From contig NZ_OMOH01000005.1 in assembly GCF_900289195.1 (NCBI RefSeq), forward strand, positions 150,001-182,000: 32,000 nucleotides of DNA, in the 5' to 3' direction. The notes beneath the pieces were generated by a model. It saw only the letters and a list, made by a program, of their open reading frames with translations, was not told where the DNA came from and searched no databases. The DNA is from Propionibacterium ruminifibrarum (lineage in GTDB: Bacteria; Actinomycetota; Actinomycetes; Propionibacteriales; Propionibacteriaceae). Positions 1 to 8,114 of this stretch are shown here, one piece after another; within the stretch, counting starts at the first letter, position 1, and every line of letters begins with the position of its first letter. A program made the translations under genes and the position numbers.

Positions 1-131
1 CGGACGTCGCGCCACCTGCCAACTCGGCAGCGATGGACGAGGCAGAAGAGGATTTCCTTACCTTGTTGAGGAAACTCGAGTCTAACCAGATCACCCCCGA
101 ACAGGCCATCGGCAAGGGAGAAGTCAAGTGA
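1..131 (+). CDS. 3' end (last ~42 codons) of an upstream ORF truncated by the window edge; acidic helical tail, possibly the docking tail of a preceding PKS/NRPS-type subunit
   Basis: The frame starting at position 3 reads DVAPPANSAAMDEAEEDFLTLLRKLESNQITPEQAIGKGEVK, then TGA at 129-131. This TGA overlaps the GTG start (128-130) of the PKS (GTGA coupling). No catalytic motif is visible, so the product is inferred from context only. Confidence 0.5.
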   Translation, partial: DVAPPANSAAMDEAEEDFLTLLRKLESNQITPEQAIGKGEVK

Positions 132-3100
132 GTACGGATTTTCGTCATGAGCTGATGGACATGGTGTATAGAGGAGAGATCAGCGCTGAACAGGCTGCTG
201 CTATGTTGCCACGGGCCGGGAAACCATTGCCAGCGAGAAGCGGCGAGGACGTCGCGGTCGTCGGGATGTCGGGACGTTTTCCGGGTGCAGACGATGTCGA
301 CGAATTCTGGCGGCTGATCGAGCAGCAACGCTCCGCCATCGTGGATGTGCGTTCCCGATGGCCGCAGATCGCGGAACTCCTCGACTCCGCCTCCCGCAGT
401 GGGCACGCCTACAGCCACTGGGGCGCCCTGATGAACAGCATCACCGACTTCGATCCGGCGTTCTTCGATCTGTCGCCTCGGCAGGCGCAGTTGATGGAAC
501 CGCGCCAGCGGTTGTTGCTCATGGAGGCCTGGCGTGCGATCGAGGAAGCTGGGTACTCTAGGGCTGAACTCGACGGTCGCAATTGCGGCGTATTCATCGG
601 CTGTGAGGGTAGCTCGGACTATTTCCACGACATGCGGTTCGACCGCATGGACGGAAATGTCGTGCTAGGACACTCGAATTCCGTACTGGCGGCGAGGCTC
701 TCATACTTCATGAATCTCACCGGCCCAACGATGAGCATCGACACGGCATGCTCGTCCTCATTGGTGGCCATCCACTTGGCGTGTCGTTCGCTTCTCGACG
801 GGACATGCGACATGGCCCTCACCGGTGGGGTCACGGTCATGTATTCCATGGCCGATCAACTGCTCCAGTCAGACATGGGCATGCTGTCGCCGACCGGACG
901 ATGCGCGACTTTCGACGTGGGCGCGGATGGCTTCGTGCCTGCAGAGGCAGCAGCCGTGCTGGTGCTGAAGAGGTTGTCGGACGCGGTCCGTGACGACGAC
1001 CACATCCATGGGATCATCCGCGCCACCGCCATCAACCAGGACGGCAAGACGAACGGCATCACAGCCCCCAGCGCACTGTCCCAGGAACGCTTGATCAGGG
1101 ATGCATGGCGGTCGGGACACGCAGACCTGTCGACAATGAGGTACATCGAGGCACATGGGACGGGAACGCCGCTGGGTGATCCGATCGAAGTCGACGCCTT
1201 GGTGCGGACCTATGGAGGACTGAGCGCCTCGGGGCGGATCGGTGTCGGGTCGGTCAAGACGAACGTTGGTCATGCCGGGGCAGCTTCGGGTGTCATGTCC
1301 ATGGTCAAGGTCCTCATGGCGATGAGGCACGGTGACATCCCCGCGAGCATCAATCTCACAGAGGTCAACCCCCGTATTCGACTGGAAGGCTCCAGTCTGC
1401 ACATTGTCAGAGACCTGGAGCCCCTGTACCTGGATGATGGGGAGGCTACCGTCGCGGTCAGCTCCTTCGGCTACAGCGGGACGAACGCCCACATCATCGT
1501 CGAGTCAGCGAGACATCTTGCCACCCCCGTGAACGGGGGTGGTCTGGAGGCTCCCGATTTGCCGTTGACGTTGTTTCTTTCCGCAGCCTCTGAGCAGGCA
1601 CTTCTGGACCTGTGCTCCGCGTATGACCGGTGGTTGGCGACGCACGGTGAGGGTTTAGATCTTCTCCAGCTGTGCATCCAGTCCTTGGTCACTAGGACCC
1701 AGATGCGGTACCGAGTGGCTGTCGAGTTCACCAACCTCGCCGAGTTGCAGGACGGCCTCCGGTGCGTTGACGGCTCTATGATCACCAGGGCCATGCGACA
1801 CGTCGACGCCCAGGACCTAGTCATTGTCGACCGACTGATCGCCGCTATGAAGCCGCCGAAGGGGGATCGCCACGGGCTGGCACGCCTGATGAACCGGCTG
1901 GTCACGACTTGGTCCCACGGAGTGGATGGTGACTACTTGGTGTTGCGTGCCTACACCGGGCGTCGGCTCAGTCTGCCCACTTACCGGTTCTCGCACGCGA
2001 CCTATGAGCTCGAATCGGACGACTTGGTCGCGGGAGAGCACGTCCGGGCGCTGCCGACCGGTGCGGACGCGCCTGTCTCCCCCCGGATACGTCGAACAGA
2101 TGACGGCTCCGGGTTTGAGTTCGAGATGTCCGGTGATGACTTCTACGTGCGTGACCACACACATGTCGTTCCTGCCGCGGTTCACTTGGAGATGATCGTG
2201 CAGGGTGCTGCGCATCTGGATCCTGATCGCCCGGTGACATCCATACGTAACGTCATGCTCATGCGTCACGTTGACGTGCCAGCCGGTGAAACTGTCACGG
2301 TCAGGTTGGACGTGGCGAGAATTGCCGACGACCGCATCCGGTTGGTCATCGGTTCGGGATACGGGCAGGATTACGGGCCATGCGTATCGGCCGAGGTCGT
2401 CTACGGAGACCGTGCCCGGGCCACTCCGCCCGGTGTGGCATCTCACGCCGACGCCTATCCCGAACCCGATGCAATTGCTGTTGGTGCCTACCGAGATTAT
2501 CTCGACCAGTGCAATGCCAGCGTGGGCCCGACCTTCCGAGGCGTCAGGACGCTCGCACTTGGGCCGGACGATGCGTTAGTGCACATGGACCCGAACGCCA
2601 GCGGGAATGATCTGAGTGGATTCATGCTCAATCCGACGCTGTTGGATGCTGGGTTCAGTGGCGCAGCGATCTGGGTGTGGGCAGCGCACCCGGAGGCCCA
2701 TGGTATCTACGTGCCGTTCTCGCTGGGGAGACTGGATCTGGTCAACCCATCGCTGCACCCGGTAGCCATTCGCATCCACCAAGCACGACCTGCCACCGGT
2801 GGTGACGTCCAGACTGTCGGATACAATCTTGATTACCTCTCGGACAGTGGCGACGTAGTCTGGCACATAGAGAATTTCTTCCTTCGCCGACTGGCGTCTC
2901 CGACGGTTGATGATCCATCTGATCTTGGCGTGTTGGCGGTGCGGGAGACCTGGCGCCGCAACCCAGGGCGAGCGTCCTGTGCCTCGGCACTGGTGGTGCT
3001 GAGTACCCTAGACAGACTGGGGCAGGCCCGTGAGATCGTCTCCGCCAACGGCGGCGCGCATGTCCTGATCAGCGTCGATGGATCCTGGAGCCCGGCCCAC

Positions 3101-6100
3101 GATGATGTGGTCTTCCTTGATGACCTCACCGAGGATGAACTGGCCGAGGCGCTGATTCCCGGCGTCGATTCTGATCTTGCAGTAGTGGCCCTCCCGATGC
3201 GTCCTCGGGTTGGTGGGGACCCGGCGCCAGGGCAGCAGACCTCCTGTGTTCTGCGTGTCGTCAGGAATCTCTTGAAGAACCAGCCGAACAGAATCACCGA
3301 CGTCATCACCACGACCTACGGTGATCCCGCCGAACTTGCCCTGGCAGGCTTCCTACGTACCATGCATGTCGAGAACTCCTGCTATCGTGGCCACGTTCTT
3401 CGCGCCGACGCCGACGATCTCGTCACGGCAGTGTGTGACGAGCTGGGGAACGCCAGCGCGTCGAGCGAGGTACAGCGCCGCGACGGTGTGCGGTACGAAC
3501 TGACCCCGCAGATTGCCCCAGACTTCCATGTTCGTCCGGAGGCCGAGGACCGCATCCGGGGCGGCGCTTTCCTCATCACAGGAGGAACCGGTGCGCTCGG
3601 CATGGTCCTCACCCGACATCTGCTCGATCACGGGGCCGATGTGGTGATCGTGAGCGGACGCTCCCATACGGTAGCATCCCGCATCGCCGAACCAGCCATG
3701 AACGCCAAGAGTGAATACCTCCAGTGGGATGTGAGCGGTACAGGACTGACAGCCGGAGTGACGGCGGACATCCGCCGAATCCTGTCCAAGCACGGCCACG
3801 ACGCCTTGACAGGCGTTTTCCATGCAGCGGGGGTCATTCACGATGGCGTGATCGCAGCCAAGGACGATGACGTCTTTCTGGCCACAGTCGCCCCCAAGAT
3901 GTGGGGCACTGACCATGTCATCGAAGTGGCTCGTGCCTGCGGCGCGGAGTTCGTCCTGCTCTTCTCGTCGACTGCAGCAGCCCTCGGCAACCCCGGCCAG
4001 TCTGACTATGCCTACGGAAATCGCTACATGGATGCGGTGGCGGCCAACCAGGACGAGGCATCCCTTCCGAAGATCCAGTCCGTGAACTGGACCATCTGGG
4101 CTGGCGACACCGGCATGACTGTCCCGAAGGCGCAGGCGCGGCTGATGGAGGAGCGCTTCGGCATCGTGCCCCTACCGGTGGACCAAGGGTTGTCGGTGCT
4201 CAATGCTGTGGTTGCATCAGGCGAGCGACGAGTGACGATCCTCTATGGACATCCCATGCTGATGCAGAAACGGCTGCTGGCAACCACCGAGCCGGAAGCC
4301 CTGGTAAGCATGTCCCTCCCCGCGAGGGAGGACACTGACCCCGCACTGGACGCCATGCTCGTGGCGGACTTGCGTGAAATCGTCGGAGTGGCCCTGCGGA
4401 TATCCCCCTCTGAGATCGATTTCGATGAGGATATGGCGCGCTTCGGATTCGACTCTATCTCTTTTTCTGGCTTGGCGAACACGCTTAACCAAAAATTCTC
4501 GCTCGACATGACCCCGGCAGTTTTTTTCAAGTATTCGAGCCTTGGTGAACTCAAGGACGACATGCTGGCGGAGTACCGGCAGGAACTCGAATCCCATTAC
4601 GCTCAGCAGGAGGCGTCTGACTGGACGCCGTCACAACTCTCTGATCACGGTACAGGAAACGTCGGGCAGCCTGCCCCGGCTTTCGCAGCGGCGAGGCGAT
4701 CGGCGGGCGTGCAACTCGCCGATGGCGCTCCCCTCCGGCCGCCCGACAACGAACCGATCGCCATCATCGGCATGTCTGCCCGGCTGCCGGGCTCGGATTC
4801 GATCGATGAATTTTGGGATCACCTGATGGCCGGAGATGATCTGATCAGCGAGATACCGGCTGACAGATGGGACTGGCGTGCCCACTACGGCGATACCAGC
4901 AAGGATAGGACGAAGACGCGATTTCACCACGGTGGTTTCATGAAGCGGATCGACACCTTCGACCCGTACTTCTTCGGCATCGCAGGGGTGGACGCGGAAG
5001 TCATGGATCCCCAGGAGCGGATGGTGCTCGAGGAGAGCTGGCATGCTCTCGAAGACGCGGGAATCGTGCCCGCTGCTCTGGCCGGCGGTGAGACGGGCGT
5101 GTTCGTGGGGGTCTCTACGGGCGACTACCAGGAACTGCTGATCCGGGACGCATACCCCAACATGCTAACCCAGACCATGATCCCGAACAGGGTCTCGTTC
5201 ACTCTCAACCTCCACGGTCCCAGCGAAGTGGTGGATACAGCCTGCTCGAGCACATTGGTCGCGTTGCACCGCGCTGCGTCAGCGATTCGATCGGGACGAT
5301 GCGAGATGGCGCTTGCCGGCGGTGTGAACGTAATCTGCTCTCCCGGCATGTACGTGACCCAGGGGCGTATGAACATGTTGTCGCCGGACGGTCGATGCAA
5401 GACCTTTGATGCCGCAGCAGACGGTTACGTCCGGGGTGAGGGCTGCGGCATATTCGTCCTCAAATCTCTCAGCGCGGCCGAGCGTGATCACGATAGGATC
5501 CTAGGTGTCATCAGGGGTTCTGCAGTGAACCACGGCGGAGCTGCCACCAATTTGTTTGCCCCCAATGAGGCCGCCCAGGTGCAAGTCATCCGCCGTGCTC
5601 ACGAAGGGATCGGAATCGCTCCGGACGAGGTTGCCTATATCGAGGCACACGGAACCGGGACGGTGCTGGGCGATCCGATCGAAGTCAACGCCTTGATCGG
5701 TGCCTACCGTGAACTCTACGAGGCGGCGGGGCTCCGATTCGACGGAGACGCAGCTGACGTTTACCTTGGCGCCGTGAAGACCAACACGGGGCACTTAGAG
5801 GCGGCTGCTGCCGTGCCCGGCCTAGTGAAGATCCTGCGATCCTTCCAGGCGGGGTTCATACCCCGCAACATCCACTTCACATCCATGAACCCGTACCTCC
5901 GGTTGGCTGGCACCCCGATCAAGCTGGCTAATGATCCGATCGCCTGGGGCTCGATCACCGCCGATCCCCGAAGGCAGCGGCCGGTGGCGGCCATCAGTTC
6001 CTTTGGTATCGGGGGAGTGAACTGTCACCTTGTGCTGGAGGCGCCGCCGCGCGATCCCGACGTGTCACCGGTCCGGGCCGAAGGTCCGTTCGTGCTGCCG

Positions 6101-8101
6101 GTTTCGGCTCGTACCGAGTCTCAACTGGTGGACTACGTGAACGAAATCCGTGGCTTTGCGCTGGCGCATATGGCCAACGACTCTGGGAAGAACCTATTCG
6201 AGCAGGTCAGCGCACGCTGCATGCAACTGCTCGGCGTCACATCCGCCGACGAGTTGGACATGGGTGTCTCACTGATCGACTACGGCGTGAGCCCGACGGA
6301 TCTGGCTGGGATGGACGATGGCATAGTGGCTCTCGACCCCAGGATGACTCTGGCGGACGTGGCCGCCCTGCCAGCATGTAGCGCGTCGCATTCTCAGGGC
6401 AGCGGAGCGGATCTGCTTGCTGACGTGTGCGAGACTTTCCGCGTCGGAAGAACCAGGTTCAACAACAGAGTGGCTTTCGTCGTCAGGGATATTAAGGAAC
6501 TGGTGGATCAATGCGGCGCCCACTTGGCTGCAGAAGGCACCGCTGGCGTCCTTGAGCCGGACCCGGCGACACCGGTCGAGCGGCAGGCACGCGCGTGGGT
6601 CGCTGGCGATGATTCGGCCCTTCAACCGATCCCCGGAGCGAGCCGGATATCTGCTCCCTGCTATCCGTTCGAGGAGCAGCGCTTCTGGTACACGGATTAT
6701 CAGCTTGATTCCGGGTCGGCGCAGGGCCGCGCGACCGATGCCGAGGACGTCTGTCCAACCGCGGGGGCGCAGGCTGTCACCTCGTCGGTGTCGATGAGCG
6801 AGGGTGGCCTCGGGATCAGAAGCAGGGTCTTGGCAAGCCTGTGCCACGTACTAAAGATCCCCGCCGAGCAGGTGGCAGATGACGAGCCGTTTGCATCCTA
6901 CGGACTCGACTCGATCAAGCTGATCCAGTTCGCAGATGAGCTGGCGCGCCAACTCAACCACGATGTAGATCCGGTTGTCCTCCTCGACTATCCAAGTCTG
7001 GGAACCCTTGCCCAGTATTTCGAGGCGCTAGAGGTTGTCTACTCGGATGCCCCACACGGCCAGGAAATCGTGGCCACGTCGGGACAGACCGAGATGATGC
7101 CGCCACCTCTCGGTCACGGAGTCATCCTCAGGCTGCCGGAACTGATCGTTCTCCACGCTGCCAAGGAGTTCGACCGACAAATGATGGTTTCGTTCTGGCG
7201 CGAACTGGCCGATGGGGAGATCGGGCACATTGACATGGTTCCGTGCGGCCCGGACGGTCTCGAGGGAATGCGTCGTAAAGGGCTCTGTTATGTTCACTGC
7301 CTCACCAGAGACGCTAAAGGTAGGCTGGCCGAGGCTTGGGTCGGCGGGCAGGGAGAGGAAACACTGCTGATCATCAATGGGATCGGCGTCGCCCCTTCCT
7401 TCGCGTCCCCGCAGATTGCGGGGTTTGCTGGTGGGCGACGCATCGTGTGTCTATCGATGCCGGGAGTCGGTTTGACTCCGATGATCGACGATCTCTCATT
7501 GGCTAGCCTGGCAGAATGGGTGCTGTCGAGCCTTGACGCGCTGCAAATCGAGCGATTCGACGTGCTCGGGGTCTCTTGGGGCTCCCTGCTGGCCACGACA
7601 CTCGCGTGGACAGCGCCAAAACGAGTCCAGCGACTCGTCCTGGAGTCGCCGAACGCTGACATGGGCGAGGTGGAGAACGCGACGAACTATGTCGAGGATC
7701 TCGCCACGGTCATGAACGCGGACTTTGCGATGGCGACCGGATCCCACGACGAGGCCGCCAGACTGTTCACCGATGCCAAGTGCTTCGAGCTGAGAGCCTT
7801 CCTGCGATGGAGCGACTACTTCGCGGTGAACAGCCCGTCGCGTCACGAAGTGCTCTCGCTGTTACCTGAGATTCACCAGCCCGTGCTCGTGATCACCGGG
7901 GACCGGGACACGATCACTCCAGCGCGGGAGTCTGACCTTGTCGCCCTCTATCTGAAGAACGCGCGGGTTCACACGGTCTACGGGGCATCGCATCTTCCAT
8001 CCGCCACGCACCCGAATGAGTTCAACACGGTGGTCACCGCTTTCTTGTGCGATCCCGACGCCATGCTTGGGTTCGCATCTGGTGACCAAGTTCACGAATA
8101 G
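128..8101 (+). CDS. Type I modular polyketide synthase, AT-less (trans-AT type), 2657 aa: KS-DH(noncanonical)-KR-ACP-KS-ACP-alpha/beta-hydrolase
   Basis: Single uninterrupted ORF with a GTG start coupled to the upstream stop and TAG at 8099-8101. Two complete KS domains carry Cys-His-His triads. There are a Rossmann TGGTGALG KR, two carrier domains (GFDSIS, GLDSIK) and a C-terminal GVSWG hydrolase. No GHSxG/AFHS acyltransferase motif occurs anywhere, and the post-KS linkers are too short to hold an AT. Confidence 0.97.
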   Translation: MSTDFRHELMDMVYRGEISAEQAAAMLPRAGKPLPARSGEDVAVVGMSGRFPGADDVDEFWRLIEQQRSAIVDVRSRWPQIAELLDSASRSGHAYSHWGALMNSITDFDPAFFDLSPRQAQLMEPRQRLLLMEAWRAIEEAGYSRAELDGRNCGVFIGCEGSSDYFHDMRFDRMDGNVVLGHSNSVLAARLSYFMNLTGPTMSIDTACSSSLVAIHLACRSLLDGTCDMALTGGVTVMYSMADQLLQSDMGMLSPTGRCATFDVGADGFVPAEAAAVLVLKRLSDAVRDDDHIHGIIRATAINQDGKTNGITAPSALSQERLIRDAWRSGHADLSTMRYIEAHGTGTPLGDPIEVDALVRTYGGLSASGRIGVGSVKTNVGHAGAASGVMSMVKVLMAMRHGDIPASINLTEVNPRIRLEGSSLHIVRDLEPLYLDDGEATVAVSSFGYSGTNAHIIVESARHLATPVNGGGLEAPDLPLTLFLSAASEQALLDLCSAYDRWLATHGEGLDLLQLCIQSLVTRTQMRYRVAVEFTNLAELQDGLRCVDGSMITRAMRHVDAQDLVIVDRLIAAMKPPKGDRHGLARLMNRLVTTWSHGVDGDYLVLRAYTGRRLSLPTYRFSHATYELESDDLVAGEHVRALPTGADAPVSPRIRRTDDGSGFEFEMSGDDFYVRDHTHVVPAAVHLEMIVQGAAHLDPDRPVTSIRNVMLMRHVDVPAGETVTVRLDVARIADDRIRLVIGSGYGQDYGPCVSAEVVYGDRARATPPGVASHADAYPEPDAIAVGAYRDYLDQCNASVGPTFRGVRTLALGPDDALVHMDPNASGNDLSGFMLNPTLLDAGFSGAAIWVWAAHPEAHGIYVPFSLGRLDLVNPSLHPVAIRIHQARPATGGDVQTVGYNLDYLSDSGDVVWHIENFFLRRLASPTVDDPSDLGVLAVRETWRRNPGRASCASALVVLSTLDRLGQAREIVSANGGAHVLISVDGSWSPAHDDVVFLDDLTEDELAEALIPGVDSDLAVVALPMRPRVGGDPAPGQQTSCVLRVVRNLLKNQPNRITDVITTTYGDPAELALAGFLRTMHVENSCYRGHVLRADADDLVTAVCDELGNASASSEVQRRDGVRYELTPQIAPDFHVRPEAEDRIRGGAFLITGGTGALGMVLTRHLLDHGADVVIVSGRSHTVASRIAEPAMNAKSEYLQWDVSGTGLTAGVTADIRRILSKHGHDALTGVFHAAGVIHDGVIAAKDDDVFLATVAPKMWGTDHVIEVARACGAEFVLLFSSTAAALGNPGQSDYAYGNRYMDAVAANQDEASLPKIQSVNWTIWAGDTGMTVPKAQARLMEERFGIVPLPVDQGLSVLNAVVASGERRVTILYGHPMLMQKRLLATTEPEALVSMSLPAREDTDPALDAMLVADLREIVGVALRISPSEIDFDEDMARFGFDSISFSGLANTLNQKFSLDMTPAVFFKYSSLGELKDDMLAEYRQELESHYAQQEASDWTPSQLSDHGTGNVGQPAPAFAAARRSAGVQLADGAPLRPPDNEPIAIIGMSARLPGSDSIDEFWDHLMAGDDLISEIPADRWDWRAHYGDTSKDRTKTRFHHGGFMKRIDTFDPYFFGIAGVDAEVMDPQERMVLEESWHALEDAGIVPAALAGGETGVFVGVSTGDYQELLIRDAYPNMLTQTMIPNRVSFTLNLHGPSEVVDTACSSTLVALHRAASAIRSGRCEMALAGGVNVICSPGMYVTQGRMNMLSPDGRCKTFDAAADGYVRGEGCGIFVLKSLSAAERDHDRILGVIRGSAVNHGGAATNLFAPNEAAQVQVIRRAHEGIGIAPDEVAYIEAHGTGTVLGDPIEVNALIGAYRELYEAAGLRFDGDAADVYLGAVKTNTGHLEAAAAVPGLVKILRSFQAGFIPRNIHFTSMNPYLRLAGTPIKLANDPIAWGSITADPRRQRPVAAISSFGIGGVNCHLVLEAPPRDPDVSPVRAEGPFVLPVSARTESQLVDYVNEIRGFALAHMANDSGKNLFEQVSARCMQLLGVTSADELDMGVSLIDYGVSPTDLAGMDDGIVALDPRMTLADVAALPACSASHSQGSGADLLADVCETFRVGRTRFNNRVAFVVRDIKELVDQCGAHLAAEGTAGVLEPDPATPVERQARAWVAGDDSALQPIPGASRISAPCYPFEEQRFWYTDYQLDSGSAQGRATDAEDVCPTAGAQAVTSSVSMSEGGLGIRSRVLASLCHVLKIPAEQVADDEPFASYGLDSIKLIQFADELARQLNHDVDPVVLLDYPSLGTLAQYFEALEVVYSDAPHGQEIVATSGQTEMMPPPLGHGVILRLPELIVLHAAKEFDRQMMVSFWRELADGEIGHIDMVPCGPDGLEGMRRKGLCYVHCLTRDAKGRLAEAWVGGQGEETLLIINGIGVAPSFASPQIAGFAGGRRIVCLSMPGVGLTPMIDDLSLASLAEWVLSSLDALQIERFDVLGVSWGSLLATTLAWTAPKRVQRLVLESPNADMGEVENATNYVEDLATVMNADFAMATGSHDEAARLFTDAKCFELRAFLRWSDYFAVNSPSRHEVLSLLPEIHQPVLVITGDRDTITPARESDLVALYLKNARVHTVYGASHLPSATHPNEFNTVVTAFLCDPDAMLGFASGDQVHE
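248..1507 (+). other. PKS domain KS1 (ketosynthase, predicted condensation-competent)
   Basis: aa ~41-460. Begins DVAVVGMSGRFPGA. Active-site DTACSSS has Cys208 (TGC at 749-751). EAHGTGTPLGDPIE supplies His343 and KTNVGHAG supplies His382. Confidence 0.9.
2075..2902 (+). other. PKS domain: double-hotdog dehydratase-like (DH/PS-DH fold) with noncanonical catalytic motifs
   Basis: aa ~650-925. FYVRDHTHVVPAAVHLEM stands where HxxxGxxxxP is expected; His677 is present, but the Gly is missing and the spacing is 4 residues shorter. The GPTF (YGPxF-like) motif lies at aa 800-803. LLDAGFS occupies the DxxxQ/H position, with Asp840 present and Ser instead of Gln/His. Confidence 0.6.
3560..4132 (+). 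other. PKS domain KR (ketoreductase catalytic subdomain); the structural subdomain probably spans ~2930-3560
   Basis: aa ~1145-1335. NADPH site FLITGGTGALG. HAAGVIHDG lies at the LDD position, with Asp retained, which suggests B-type stereochemistry. The catalytic region is SSTAAALGNPGQSDYAYGNRYMDA (Tyr1294, Asn1298). Confidence 0.85.
4340..4573 (+). other. PKS domain ACP1
   Basis: aa ~1405-1482. LVADLREIVGVALRISPSEIDFDEDMARFGFDSISFSGLANTL, with the phosphopantetheine Ser1443 (TCT at 4454-4456). Confidence 0.9.
4748..6043 (+). other. PKS domain KS2 (ketosynthase, predicted condensation-competent)
   Basis: aa ~1541-1972. Begins EPIAIIGMSARLPGS. DTACSSTL has Cys1706 (TGC at 5243-5245). EAHGTGTVLGDPIE supplies His1841 and KTNTGHLE supplies His1889. 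Confidence 0.9.
6809..7033 (+). other. PKS domain ACP2
   Basis: aa ~2228-2302. IRSRVLASLCHVLKIPAEQVADDEPFASYGLDSIKLIQFADEL, with Ser2262 (TCG at 6911-6913). Confidence 0.9.
7280..8062 (+). other. PKS C-terminal alpha/beta-hydrolase-fold domain (putative chain-release domain, not a classical type I TE sequence pattern)
   Basis: aa ~2385-2645. Oxyanion-region LLIINGIG. Nucleophile elbow GVSWG with Ser2483 (TCT at 7574-7576). VLVITGDRDTITP supplies the acid residue and GASHLP supplies His2622. Confidence 0.8.
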
Positions 8102-8114
8102 GAGACGCACTGAT

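Noticed and set aside
8016-8114. N-terminal 33 codons of the 740-aa track ORF, overlapping the PKS 3' end
   Set aside because: There is no homology in this part. ATG 8115 has an AGGAG RBS just after the PKS stop, and GT-B homology starts right at that Met.
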